Shown piece after piece: positions 26,923 to 35,993 of a stretch of 64,000 nt of DNA (within the stretch, counting starts at the first letter, position 1; each line of letters starts with the position of its first letter). A model generated the notes under the pieces. That model did no database searches and had not been told where the DNA came from. It worked only from the letters and a program-made list of their open reading frames with translations. The position numbers were made by a program, and so were the translations under genes. Origin of the DNA: Deltaproteobacteria bacterium. Lineage in GTDB: Bacteria > Desulfobacterota > Dissulfuribacteria > Dissulfuribacterales > QOAL01. The stretch is from positions 1 through 64,000 of the forward strand of contig WGBG01000167.1 of the NCBI GenBank assembly GCA_015494395.1, given 5' to 3'.

Positions 26923-27915
26923 ATGGCCATGGACTTAGTGGAAGGTGTGCTCATTATGTATAGCTCCGGGAATTTAAGTGGTATAATTAGGATTGGCGTT
27001 ATGTTGTTTTTTTTCTTTCTCTGTGTGGAGAACGGTATTTGTGGCGATACAGGCTGGTGGCAGCCTAAGGCCTCAGCGCACCTAAGCTGGCAGTGGCAGT
27101 TAAATACCGGAGATGTCGATACCTCATTTGCAGTAGATGTGTATGATATAGACCTTTTTGATGCCCCCGAATCTTTAATCCATGAGCTTCATGCCTTTTC
27201 AAGGAGGGTTATCTGCTACTTTTCCGCAGGGACATGGGAAGAGTGGCGAGACGATGCTGAGCGGTTTCCGGCCTTGGTCAAGGGTAATGAACTGGATGAC
27301 TGGCCCGGGGAGAGATGGCTTGATATAAGGAGACTGGATGTGATAGGGCCTGTTATGAAGTCCAGGCTGGATCTTGCGGTGAGCAAGGGGTGTGACGGGG
27401 TGGAACCTGACAATGTGGATGCCTATGCCAATGATTCGGGATTTTCAATCAGTTACGAAGATCAGTTACACTACAACAGGTGGATTGCCCAGGAGGCACA
27501 TAGACGCGGACTCTCAGTGGGCCTTAAAAACGATATCGAGCAGGTGGGGGAGCTGGTTGGAGATTTTGACTGGGCAATTAACGAGCAATGTTTCCAGTAC
27601 ATGGAATGTGATCTCTATGAGGCGTTTGTACAAAGAGACAAGGCAGTCTTCGGTGTTGAGTACAGCGGGGACCCCATAGTGTTTTGTCCTGCTGCAAATA
27701 CAGCCGGGTATTCGTGGCTCAAGAAACACGTTGAACTTGATGAATGGCGCATTGGCTGTGAAGAGTATTTGCCAGACCTTCCGGGAGATGAAGATAAAGA
27801 TCATGATAACGACGGGATGGATCTTTATCTCTTCATTCAGGGAGGCAGGGTAGCAGGTATTGCAGGTTACGCACCTACGTATGGAAAAAGCGCATATGAC
27901 CTGCTTTCCAACTGA
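26923..27915 (+). CDS. GH114-family endo-alpha-1,4-polygalactosaminidase-like glycoside hydrolase, secreted
   Basis: 330 aa. WQWQL, VYDIDLFD, VICYFSAGTWEEWRDD, WPGERWLDIR, KGCDGVEPDNVDAY, GLKND and NEQCFQYMEC fit the GH114 pattern. Hydrophobic N-terminus, exact start uncertain. C-terminal DKDHDNDGMDLYLF calcium-loop-like motif. Confidence 0.8.
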   Translation: MAMDLVEGVLIMYSSGNLSGIIRIGVMLFFFFLCVENGICGDTGWWQPKASAHLSWQWQLNTGDVDTSFAVDVYDIDLFDAPESLIHELHAFSRRVICYFSAGTWEEWRDDAERFPALVKGNELDDWPGERWLDIRRLDVIGPVMKSRLDLAVSKGCDGVEPDNVDAYANDSGFSISYEDQLHYNRWIAQEAHRRGLSVGLKNDIEQVGELVGDFDWAINEQCFQYMECDLYEAFVQRDKAVFGVEYSGDPIVFCPAANTAGYSWLKKHVELDEWRIGCEEYLPDLPGDEDKDHDNDGMDLYLFIQGGRVAGIAGYAPTYGKSAYDLLSN

Positions 27916-28032
27916 TCGAGGTTTTTCAGGCTCACTGCCAAAAATCGGGCCCCCTATGCCCGAATAGATACACTTGGCTTTAAAGGCCTCATGGAGTGAC
28001 CCTTTCCCATACTGGGTGTTTCACTGCAGGCG

Positions 28033-28068
28033 CGGCTATCCCCGGCAATAGGGCCAGGGATAGCCTTT
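28033..28068 (+). terminator. Rho-independent terminator candidate downstream of the GH114 gene
   Basis: GGCTATCCC (28033-28041) pairs with GGGATAGCC (28056-28064) around a 14-nt loop, followed by TTTT. Confidence 0.5.
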
Positions 28069-28082
28069 TCAGGCAAGACTTT

Positions 28083-29900
28083 TTAGCCGCTGGTGTAAAC
28101 CACGGCTATCAGGTAAGCCTTTACACTCCTGCCATTATAATCCACTGTCTCTGTAACATTTTCCCAGTCAACCTTTTCAATGGCCTTGCCCAGTGTGTAG
28201 GAGTGAAGGATATCGTCATCCTGCCTTTGGCCATAACCAGGAATTGGAGAAGTGGTGATGTAGTCGCCGGGTTCAATTGGCCCGTTAACATCCGTAACCA
28301 GGACCCTCCCCTCGCCAAGGGCGTTTACCACTCCAAAGCGTTCACCTTCTTTTGCCTTGTACCAGTGCCCTTCAGGAAGCGGACCCTGGGATACCAGGAC
28401 ACCGAATACCGCCCTGTCCTGTGGGGTCCGGGCAAGTGTCACTGTGGGGAGGGTGGATGAAAGGGATATTTCTCCATTTTCTTTTCTTCTGATCAAGGTC
28501 TTGCCGGTAACAGAAACTATCAGGCCAGGACGGGTATTTTCTGGGAAGTCCCCTGCAAAACGTACCTCGTGGGCACCTGTGAAAGGGCCGTAGTTGGTGC
28601 CCGAACCGTTTGCATAAAAGTCCCAGTTGGCACCTTCACCCCAGATGCCGGTGCTGTTTGCGCGCACGGCCTTGCCGAAAATGCCGATGCTGTTTGTCTC
28701 CTGGGCCTCGGCATACACAGCACGACCGATGGAGTCTGAGGATATAAAATATCCTCCATATTTTGGAGCCAGTCCGGAGACCCCCTTTCCCTGGGAACCT
28801 GTGCTTATGCCATAGGCCCCTACTCCGTTTTGGCCTGCGGCCTCGAACCTTCCTCCATAGTGTACTGAATCTTGTGTGCTTGCAGCTTCCCCGTATACTC
28901 CAGTCCCACTTGAGCCACGGCTTACAAAATATCCGCCATAGATCTGGCCAAAGGCTCCATTGGAACCCTCACCATATACGCCAATGCCCCCAAAGGACGA
29001 GGAGCTAAAATATCCTCCAATATTCCAGGTTGAAAAGATGGATGAGTTGTTGTTAACAGCAGATATGACAGCAGCGTCGGGCCCGAATGTTATGTCGCCG
29101 GCCTGCCCGGTCAGGGAAAGGGGAACAGCCACATTAAGGGTTACCGGGCCGCTGCTCCCCCCTCCGGTAAGCCCAACGCCTGCATTTACTGCGGTAATGT
29201 CTCCCCCTGAATCGTTATCAATGCCGTCAGCAAAGCCGGAAGGAATTGAGCCTATCTCATCCCACGATACCCCATCCTTCAGGCTGTCCGGAACAGTGGG
29301 ATCGGTTTCCGTGGTGATGCCCAGGTCATCCCCGTCTGCGATGTCTGCGGGGATACCCGAGAGGTTACTCCAGGTGATCTCGGAGTCCCTTGCTATCTCC
29401 GGGGCTATGCGCTCTTCGGCAATGGTGCCGGTTGTGATGTCTTCACCGGCATGATGATGGTTAAGAGGGGCAAAATCGTCACTTTCATGGCCATTCAGGG
29501 TCATTGAGTTTTCTGCCTGAAACGCGAAGGCTGTACTTGTCAGTTTTTGCCTGGGGGATAGTGTTTCCCAGGTGGCGCTGTCAGTATTGTAAATTGATAC
29601 CTCGAGAAAGACCTCATCTTCTGAAAATACCGATGCATCCAGGGGCGTGGCGGCCCCCAGCTGGCAACTGTATATGCCGTCTGTAACTGTAACGCCCTGT
29701 TCCTCCTCCCAAAGCAGTGTTCCCCCAATGAGGGAGTTGAAAAGGGAGAAATGTACGGTGAATGTACCGTCCAGCGCCTCGCCTGCGTTGTTGGTGAGCC
29801 TTCCCTGGAAATTTATTGTGCCAGGCGCCCCAAGGGCAGCGTCACAAATGATCAAAGTGCATATTGTCAGTACTAAAAGAAAGAATTTTTTCAATATCAT
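28083..29900 (-). CDS. Secreted tail-fibre-like repeat protein
   Basis: 605 aa with a signal peptide. The N-terminal module INFQGRLTNNAGEALDGTFTVHFSLF...LLWEEEQGVTVTDGIYSCQLG is typical of 'tail fiber domain' proteins. Central iterated GGYF-S...G-GVYGE beta-helix-like repeats. C-terminal domain not recognised. Confidence 0.7.
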   Translation of the reverse strand: MILKKFFLLVLTICTLIICDAALGAPGTINFQGRLTNNAGEALDGTFTVHFSLFNSLIGGTLLWEEEQGVTVTDGIYSCQLGAATPLDASVFSEDEVFLEVSIYNTDSATWETLSPRQKLTSTAFAFQAENSMTLNGHESDDFAPLNHHHAGEDITTGTIAEERIAPEIARDSEITWSNLSGIPADIADGDDLGITTETDPTVPDSLKDGVSWDEIGSIPSGFADGIDNDSGGDITAVNAGVGLTGGGSSGPVTLNVAVPLSLTGQAGDITFGPDAAVISAVNNNSSIFSTWNIGGYFSSSSFGGIGVYGEGSNGAFGQIYGGYFVSRGSSGTGVYGEAASTQDSVHYGGRFEAAGQNGVGAYGISTGSQGKGVSGLAPKYGGYFISSDSIGRAVYAEAQETNSIGIFGKAVRANSTGIWGEGANWDFYANGSGTNYGPFTGAHEVRFAGDFPENTRPGLIVSVTGKTLIRRKENGEISLSSTLPTVTLARTPQDRAVFGVLVSQGPLPEGHWYKAKEGERFGVVNALGEGRVLVTDVNGPIEPGDYITTSPIPGYGQRQDDDILHSYTLGKAIEKVDWENVTETVDYNGRSVKAYLIAVVYTSG

Positions 29901-29958
29901 GATTCCCTCCTTTTAAGGTGTCATTCATGCCGGAGGCAGCTATAAGCTAAAGCATAGC

Positions 29959-30185
29959 GTAACTGTTCAGCGTATTGATGGTAATTGAGGTTAGTGAATG
30001 GCCTTGTTTTTCCGTTCCGGTGAACAATTTCTTGTTTTTCTAAGGCTCGCTACGCCAAAATCGCGAAACTCGCTCGTACCTTGCTCAGACAGACGCGATT
30101 TTTATGGCTGCGTTTCGCCAAGAAAAACTACGAAAGTCTTCATAGTCACTCCAAAACAAGACCATTTACTACGCTGAATAGATAC
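29959..30185 (+). mobile_element. MITE-like palindromic element, family 1, copy A
   Basis: 227 bp with termini GTAACTGTTCAGCG / CGCTGAATAGATAC. Aligns end to end with 61672-61899. Flanks AGCATAGC / AGATAGC(A) form a near-perfect duplication. Confidence 0.85.
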
Positions 30186-30384
30186 AGATAGCAAACTTTA
30201 TGCCAGTAAAATGTGTATTTTCCCCAAAGTGGTCTGGTTGTGTATGGAGGTTATTTGAAAATTCGGCAAAGGAGCGAACAAAAATTCCCTGATAGGAAAA
30301 GAATTTCTTTTCCTACGGCACAAGTCTAACTAAATCATGCATGAGTTTTTGGTTTAAATTGCAGGCTTTTCTGACAACATACGA

Positions 30385-30591
30385 CTAAAACGGCTTTTTA
30401 CAAGCAGCATAATCCACGATTCTGACGGGCTGAATCCTAATGAGGGATTCCTTGCCCGTCTTGGGGGGATACTTCAAAAGTAGTACACAGGCCATCTCCA
30501 TCGCAAAGTGCATAACCGTAACCTTTACTACAAGGCAGAGAGAAAGGGCCGGACTGTACAGTTTCCGGGCGATGAACTGGGAGGAAAACAT
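30385..30591 (-). CDS. Hypothetical small protein (third gene of the XRE operon?)
   Basis: 68-aa ORF whose ATG lies 1 nt after the TAA of the upstream gene (TAATATG). No recognisable motifs. Confidence 0.3.
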   Translation of the reverse strand: MFSSQFIARKLYSPALSLCLVVKVTVMHFAMEMACVLLLKYPPKTGKESLIRIQPVRIVDYAACKKPF

Positions 30592-30592
30592 A

Positions 30593-30895
30593 TTATCTGT
30601 CTTGTGTTACGACTTTAAGATGTACCTTCCTGCTTCTTGGAAATTCTCTTTTAATCAGTGTTTTTATGGCCTTTTTCAGTTGTTTTTCTTCAATTTCGAA
30701 CTCTCGCTGTTCAAATCCCCTCTCTTCTATTTGAAGCCTTGTGTCATCAATGCGCCTTATGCTCACATGTCTGTCCTTCTTATACGTGAGGATTTTTATG
30801 CCGGATCCAGGTTCACTTTTATTAATGCGCTGTACAGTGGTGATGATTACAGAAGAGATATCAATCACTTTCTTTTTCCTTTTCGCTATGTGCAT
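30593..30895 (-). CDS. Hypothetical basic protein
   Basis: Start taken at MHIAKRKKKVID. 100 aa, Lys/Arg/Glu-rich, no recognised domain. Overlaps the 3' end of the regulator gene. Confidence 0.45.
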   Translation of the reverse strand: MHIAKRKKKVIDISSVIITTVQRINKSEPGSGIKILTYKKDRHVSIRRIDDTRLQIEERGFEQREFEIEEKQLKKAIKTLIKREFPRSRKVHLKVVTQDR

Positions 30896-31286
30896 CCTGG
30901 TATTCAAGCAGTTCGGCAATGGGCCGAAATGCCTCGCACCCTCGGCAGATAGAGAGTTTTTCAACAGGTGAATCGGTTCTGCACTGGTTGCAGAATGTTC
31001 CACTTATAAACCAGCACATGTGTCCAAGGTCAAATTCCATGGCGGGGCATTTGGCCCTGATTTTTTCATTGCAATGTTTAACCTCCCAGCACGCCTTGAT
31101 TTTACTGGCAATATTTTTTCTGCGTGAAATCAGGAAGTATATTTGGCGTTCCACATAAATGGGAATATTACGGTATCCCTGTTCATAGCTGGATATGGTT
31201 TTTTTTGAAGTTCCAAGTAGTTCTGCCATCTGTTTCTGTGTTCTTTTTAAAATTTTTCTAGCAAATGTAAATTCTTTGTTCGTCAT
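30861..31286 (-). CDS. XRE-family HTH regulator fused to a Cys-rich domain with two CW dipeptides
   Basis: 141 aa. The N-terminus RKILKRTQKQMAELLGTSKKTISSYEQG is an XRE HTH. The C-terminus CWEVKHCNEKIRAKCPAMEFDLGHMCWFISGTFCNQCRTDSPVEKLSICRGC carries 8 Cys. Confidence 0.8.
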   Translation of the reverse strand: MTNKEFTFARKILKRTQKQMAELLGTSKKTISSYEQGYRNIPIYVERQIYFLISRRKNIASKIKACWEVKHCNEKIRAKCPAMEFDLGHMCWFISGTFCNQCRTDSPVEKLSICRGCEAFRPIAELLEYQDAHSEKEKESD

Positions 31287-31364
31287 GAGTAAAAAATTAA
31301 AAGTTGTGTCTCGAGATAATTAATGAATATTTGTTAAATAATTAAATGTTTGTATAAAAAATAG

Positions 31365-31393
31365 TTGACAGTGAATTTATCGTTATATATTAT
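31365..31393 (+). promoter_or_regulatory. Near-consensus sigma70-type promoter facing the OMP gene
   Basis: TTGACA (31365-31370), 17-nt spacer, TATTAT (31388-31393). On the opposite strand TATAAT (31394-31389) with GTGACT 16 nt upstream gives a face-to-face divergent promoter. Confidence 0.5.
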
Positions 31394-31408
31394 ACCACAT
31401 TGTGGTAT
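31392..31408. promoter_or_regulatory. Perfect 8+1+8 palindrome, candidate operator for the XRE regulator
   Basis: ATACCACA-T-TGTGGTAT abuts or overlaps both -10 hexamers. Confidence 0.45.
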
Positions 31409-31652
31409 TAAGTCACGAGTTCTTGTTCAAAAATCCATGCTGTTTTTCGGATTTTTTTAAGAAGGTATAAAGCCATGCCTTCGGTTTGACTATGAATGGG
31501 GGAAGTCAACCGCTTTGGTAGAATGATGCTCGGGCTGATGATGAGTCCGGGGTTGTACTGATGAGCAGGCAAGACCTTCAACTCTGGAAGAAATACCGTT
31601 GGGATGATTATGAAAGTTAATCAACGGGGCAACTTATCAAAGGGAGGAAGAT

Positions 31653-32540
31653 ATGAACAGGATGTATGTAACTTGGGTTACGATTGTTACGGCGGTGTTT
31701 TTAATGTCAATTTCTGCAGCACATGCAGGCCCGCCACTTACAAATGCCGAAGGTGTTGGAGGTGTTGCCCTTAATCCAATGGCATATGTGGCAAATCCTC
31801 TTAAAGAGGGTGATAAGGGGTTGTTCGGGGCCGGGATAGTCTCTAAACCCCAGTTCGCTGTATGGTACATTGGGCTCAATGAGAGCCATATTAACTGGTT
31901 CCCCATAGGTGCTAACATCTCTTTCTTTAATAGGCTCGAGCTTGGATACTCACATGAGTTTGTGGATATTGAAGATTTTGGTAACGGTGATGGCCAGAAT
32001 GTCAATAAGGACAACTTCAGTGTTAAGCTTAATCTTGTAAGGGAAAATGAGTTTGATCTTAAGTTTATGCCTGCCTTTTCTTTCGGTGCCATATACATGC
32101 ACACTGATGCCGATGATAGTCTGGAACTTAAGGATAATTCTGACTGGGATTTTTACTTTGTTGCCACAAAGATGATAAAGGAACTGCCGCTTCCAGTGAT
32201 CTTGAATGCTGGAACACGGGCAACCAAGGGGTTTGTGCGCGGTGTTTTAGGATTCGGCGATGACAGGCAGTGGACCTTTTTTGGTAATATTGATACGGTC
32301 CTTTTTGACAAGTTCATTGTTGGCTGGGAGTATCAGCAGGACATTGATGTGGGTGATGTTTTCAAGGGGGAAAGTGGAGCGGATCATTCCACCCATTCCA
32401 TGTGGGAGGCCCATATTGCCTTTATGTATGATGAACATCTTACACTGGTTGGCTCTTATGCATATACGGGAGATAAGGACAGTGTAAGTCAGGCATCCTT
32501 TGGAAATGCGCTGGTGCTCTCAATGCATTATGCATTCTAG
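31653..32540 (+). CDS. Outer-membrane beta-barrel protein (function unknown)
   Basis: 295 aa. Signal peptide ending AAHA-GP, alternating amphipathic strands, aromatic C-terminus ...LSMHYAF. Confidence 0.7.
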   Translation: MNRMYVTWVTIVTAVFLMSISAAHAGPPLTNAEGVGGVALNPMAYVANPLKEGDKGLFGAGIVSKPQFAVWYIGLNESHINWFPIGANISFFNRLELGYSHEFVDIEDFGNGDGQNVNKDNFSVKLNLVRENEFDLKFMPAFSFGAIYMHTDADDSLELKDNSDWDFYFVATKMIKELPLPVILNAGTRATKGFVRGVLGFGDDRQWTFFGNIDTVLFDKFIVGWEYQQDIDVGDVFKGESGADHSTHSMWEAHIAFMYDEHLTLVGSYAYTGDKDSVSQASFGNALVLSMHYAF

Positions 32541-32641
32541 GTTGTGAGCCTTGATTTCTGGTCAATTTGATGGCCAGGAAAGGCATTGGTAATTAAATCC
32601 GGTGCGGCTCATGCCCCGGTCGTACCCATATTAAGTCTAAA

Positions 32642-32665
32642 GGGCGGGTGATTCCCGCCCTTTTT
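32642..32665. terminator. Rho-independent terminator between convergent genes
   Basis: GGGCGGG (32642-32648), 5-nt loop, CCCGCCC (32654-32660), then TTTTT. An A-run precedes it, so it may work in both directions. Confidence 0.75.
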
Positions 32666-32695
32666 AGTGCATCAAACTGAGAGGACCATACCTTT

Positions 32696-35221
32696 TTACT
32701 CTACTCGTAGTCCCATGCGCGATATGGAAAGTATCATCCTGTAAAGATCAATACCGTCGGTATCATAATCATTGTCAAGGTCACTGGTAGATTGTTTCTG
32801 GAAGCCAAAAGATGTCCCAAAGTCCTCCATATCCTCACTGCCAAATGAGCCATTATGGTCAAGGTCGCACAGGAAGCCTGGAATGGAGAGGTTTATGTCA
32901 GTTATGTCAGTGCCATTAGATAGGTAGATATGGTCGGCGTCATTCAATTCTGTCTTGTTGTCATAGTATGAAAATTGCCATTCTCCGTTTATCTTGTAAT
33001 TGGTGAACATGACAATATATTCACCAGGTCTTAGACCACCTGCCTTGTAGTATCCTGACCCATCAGAGTAAACCCGGCTAACCCAGTAATAGGTATCCAC
33101 TGCATAAATATCAATACATACATTTGCTGCAGGCAGTCCATCAGAGTAAGTGGTGTAGCCAGATATTGAATCCCCCTGAGCTAGGTAGAAAACTATTCCA
33201 TTTATATCAGTACCTGGTGGAGCAGCTATTGTATCTGCGCTGGCAATGTCAGGTTTATTGTTGTAGTAAACTGGCATAAGGTCAGAGTCACATGGTCCCT
33301 GAGCCTGCATTTTTATCTGGTTTGAAGGGGCATTGTGAAAGTAGAAGTTATAATTGCCATACTCATCTGTTGTGCTCCCTCCAAGCTGTTCATTGCTGAC
33401 CGCATCATAAATGTAAACGCTGGCCAGCACCAATGGAGTGCCATCAGTGTCCATGACGCTCCCGCTGATATGAGATGCCCCTTGAAGTGTTATATTTATG
33501 TTTGCTGCCTTGCTGCCCTCTGCAAAAAAGGATTGGGCGTCGCCACAGTAGGATACTGGTCCAGAGCTTGTCCAGTATCCGTCTTCAAATCCTTGCCATA
33601 ATGCATGGATCTTTATTTTAATTTCCATACCGGCAGGGATATTATTTAGGGCAAATGTCCCGTCCTGGTTAGTAGTTGCCCAGATGTTAAGATAATTACA
33701 CCAATTGCCGTCCTGCTCTGGTATAATAGCATTCACATAAATTCCGGGTATTGGATTCCCCTGACTGTCTGAAACACGCCCTTTTATTCCGGTCATCTCT
33801 GTTTCAAGCACAATATCAACATTGTCATGGACACAATTTGCAGAGGTTACCTCAACAGGATTCTGTTCAGGCTCACCGTAAAGGTCTCCCGGGCTTAAAA
33901 TACCGTTGTTGTCCTCATCGCTCCATGCCCTTATATAAACAAAACTGCCTGTCTCATTTTGCAGGGTGTAAGGGCCAGGGGCTGAAATGGTCGTGCTGTC
34001 CCGTGGGTCATTGAAATATCCATTCCAGTAGTTACCAAAACTCTCTACGTGAATTGTACCAGTTGAAGGTAGCACAGTACTGACAGCACCCTGGACTGGA
34101 ATGAAAAGCCCCAGCAGTGCGTTCCAGTCATCATTGCTATAACCAACCACCGTGCCATTTATGGTAGGGTCAGTAAAAGAGCAGCTTACGATGTGATTGT
34201 CTTCATCAAATTCAGGGAGCAATGCCCTGATATCGATCTGGGCATCAAAAAACGGTTCCAGAAAAAGGGTGAATGGTGTGTCAGATTCAATGTTTCTGAT
34301 CACCGTGGGTTCAGATATGGAAGCCAGAAGATCAGAGATCAGGTCACTGTACTCCTGCTCTTCTTCCAGGCTGTCAGGATCAAAAGATATAAGGTCATCA
34401 TCCTGGGGGTCTGTCTCTGCCCTGATAAAGTCAGATGCCTGGAGGTAGGTATTCAGGCTGAGCTCAAGGCTGTTTCCTGCTGAAGCCAACTGGTTGGGTG
34501 TAAGTAGTTTCAGAAAGTCCGGATAGACAGCAAGTAGCTCATCATTTATGGAAAAATGATATCCGTTTAGGATGGGGGTAAATACTTCATCAACATCCAC
34601 GTCAAGGTCATAGGACTTCAAGATGCTGGTAATGGTCTGGATTGCATACAGGCTGTACTCGAACATCAGCACGTCACCGTAGTCCACTTCAACTTCATCA
34701 CTGGTATTCAGTTCCTCTGGTTGAAGGATTACTGAAATTGTGGACGAGAGCCTGGAAAGGTTTATTAAAGCTGCGTCAATCTCAGGTACAAGAGTGTTTG
34801 CGAGAAAGTTGATGTATTCTGTGGAACGGGGCGTGTCTTCAGGCATTATGACATCCCCGTCTGCATCTTCCGGCAGTGTGGCCTTCCAGTCATAAAGATT
34901 CCTGCCTTCAATGCTTACCCCTGTTCTGTCAAGGAGCTGGTTTGCCTCAGGGCTGTGGGCCACATTAAGAACCCTGGTGACACCGTAAAAGAGATTGGCA
35001 AGTTCATACGATGCGTCAGTCGGCTCTGCTGCTTCAGCCGCCTGACGGAATGCCTCTGTTGCCGAGGGTAGGTCGTGTTGTGCGAGAAATGCCCTGCCTT
35101 GTTCAATTTTTGCCTGGGCAATGGTTTCATCAGCACTACCTGTGCAAGGTAAAAAAAGGGCAAACAACAAAATTAATAAGCAGTGTTTCAGAAATATGCT
35201 CTTAAGAATGCGGCTCATCAT
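32696..35221 (-). CDS. Large secreted protein: helical N-terminal region, three carboxypeptidase-regulatory-like beta-sandwich repeats, C-terminal dockerin-like module
   Basis: 841 aa with a signal peptide. Repeats GRVSDSQGNPIPGIYVNAI, GSVMDTDGTPLVLASVYIYDA and GYTTYSDGLPAANVCIDIYAV. C-terminal DLDHNGSFGSEDMEDF...DLDNDYDTDGIDLYRMI. Confidence 0.75.
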   Translation of the reverse strand: MMSRILKSIFLKHCLLILLFALFLPCTGSADETIAQAKIEQGRAFLAQHDLPSATEAFRQAAEAAEPTDASYELANLFYGVTRVLNVAHSPEANQLLDRTGVSIEGRNLYDWKATLPEDADGDVIMPEDTPRSTEYINFLANTLVPEIDAALINLSRLSSTISVILQPEELNTSDEVEVDYGDVLMFEYSLYAIQTITSILKSYDLDVDVDEVFTPILNGYHFSINDELLAVYPDFLKLLTPNQLASAGNSLELSLNTYLQASDFIRAETDPQDDDLISFDPDSLEEEQEYSDLISDLLASISEPTVIRNIESDTPFTLFLEPFFDAQIDIRALLPEFDEDNHIVSCSFTDPTINGTVVGYSNDDWNALLGLFIPVQGAVSTVLPSTGTIHVESFGNYWNGYFNDPRDSTTISAPGPYTLQNETGSFVYIRAWSDEDNNGILSPGDLYGEPEQNPVEVTSANCVHDNVDIVLETEMTGIKGRVSDSQGNPIPGIYVNAIIPEQDGNWCNYLNIWATTNQDGTFALNNIPAGMEIKIKIHALWQGFEDGYWTSSGPVSYCGDAQSFFAEGSKAANINITLQGASHISGSVMDTDGTPLVLASVYIYDAVSNEQLGGSTTDEYGNYNFYFHNAPSNQIKMQAQGPCDSDLMPVYYNNKPDIASADTIAAPPGTDINGIVFYLAQGDSISGYTTYSDGLPAANVCIDIYAVDTYYWVSRVYSDGSGYYKAGGLRPGEYIVMFTNYKINGEWQFSYYDNKTELNDADHIYLSNGTDITDINLSIPGFLCDLDHNGSFGSEDMEDFGTSFGFQKQSTSDLDNDYDTDGIDLYRMILSISRMGLRVE

Positions 35222-35356
35222 GATAAAAGTATCCCCTTTGTCATCGCAATTTCCATATAAGTGACGGGTATGGAAATTTCCCGGTTGTGGATTTGCAGCA
35301 AATCCTGCAATGGTTCAATCCATGTGGGTGTAGGATCACGTATTACTGATAAATTT

Positions 35357-35580
35357 GTAACTATTCAGTGTGATAATTGGTCTTGTTTCGGAGTGACTCT
35401 GAAGAATTTCGTGGTTTTTCTTGGCGAAGCGCAGCCAGAAAATTGCGTCTGTTTGAGTGAGGCATGAGCGAGTTTCGCGATTTTGGCGTAGCGAGCCTTA
35501 GAAAAACAAGAAATTGTTCTCTGGAACGGAAAAACAAGACCAATCATCAACCTTATAACATCAATACACTGAACAGTTAC
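35357..35580 (-). mobile_element. MITE-like palindromic element, family 1, copy B
   Basis: 224 bp, reverse orientation relative to copy A. Perfect 8-bp direct repeat ATAAATTT at 35349-35356 and 35581-35588. Confidence 0.88.
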
Positions 35581-35815
35581 ATAAATTTTAACTAACTTGT
35601 CAAATTGGTAAGGTGAAAAAAACGGAAAGAGAAATTTTTTTCCTGGAAATCTTCTTTATAGATTGATTTTATTTGCTCCAAAAAGTAATTTAAAAGCAAT
35701 TTAATGGTCATGTTTGCGTCTTTTTGAAGAGATCAAGAGGGCATGGTGATTGCTTTTTTAGTTAATATCGAATGGGAATTAAGCTATCTGTTTCTGTAAT
35801 TGATTAACCGGCATG

Positions 35816-35993
35816 GTATCGATTCAGCATGAGTGAGTGGTCTTGTTTTGGAGTGACTCTGAAGAATTTCGTGGTTTTTCTTGGCGAAGCGCAGCCAAAA
35901 ACGCCTCTCTCTTAGCAAGGCACCAGCGAGTTTCGCGGTTTTGGCGAAGTAATCCTCAGAAAAACAAGAAAATATTCACTGCTGAACAGTTAC
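35816..35993 (-). mobile_element. MITE-like palindromic element, family 1, copy C (internally deleted)
   Basis: 178 bp in the same orientation as copy B. Lacks about 45 bp near one end. Ends 40 bp before the ATG at 36033. Confidence 0.8.
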
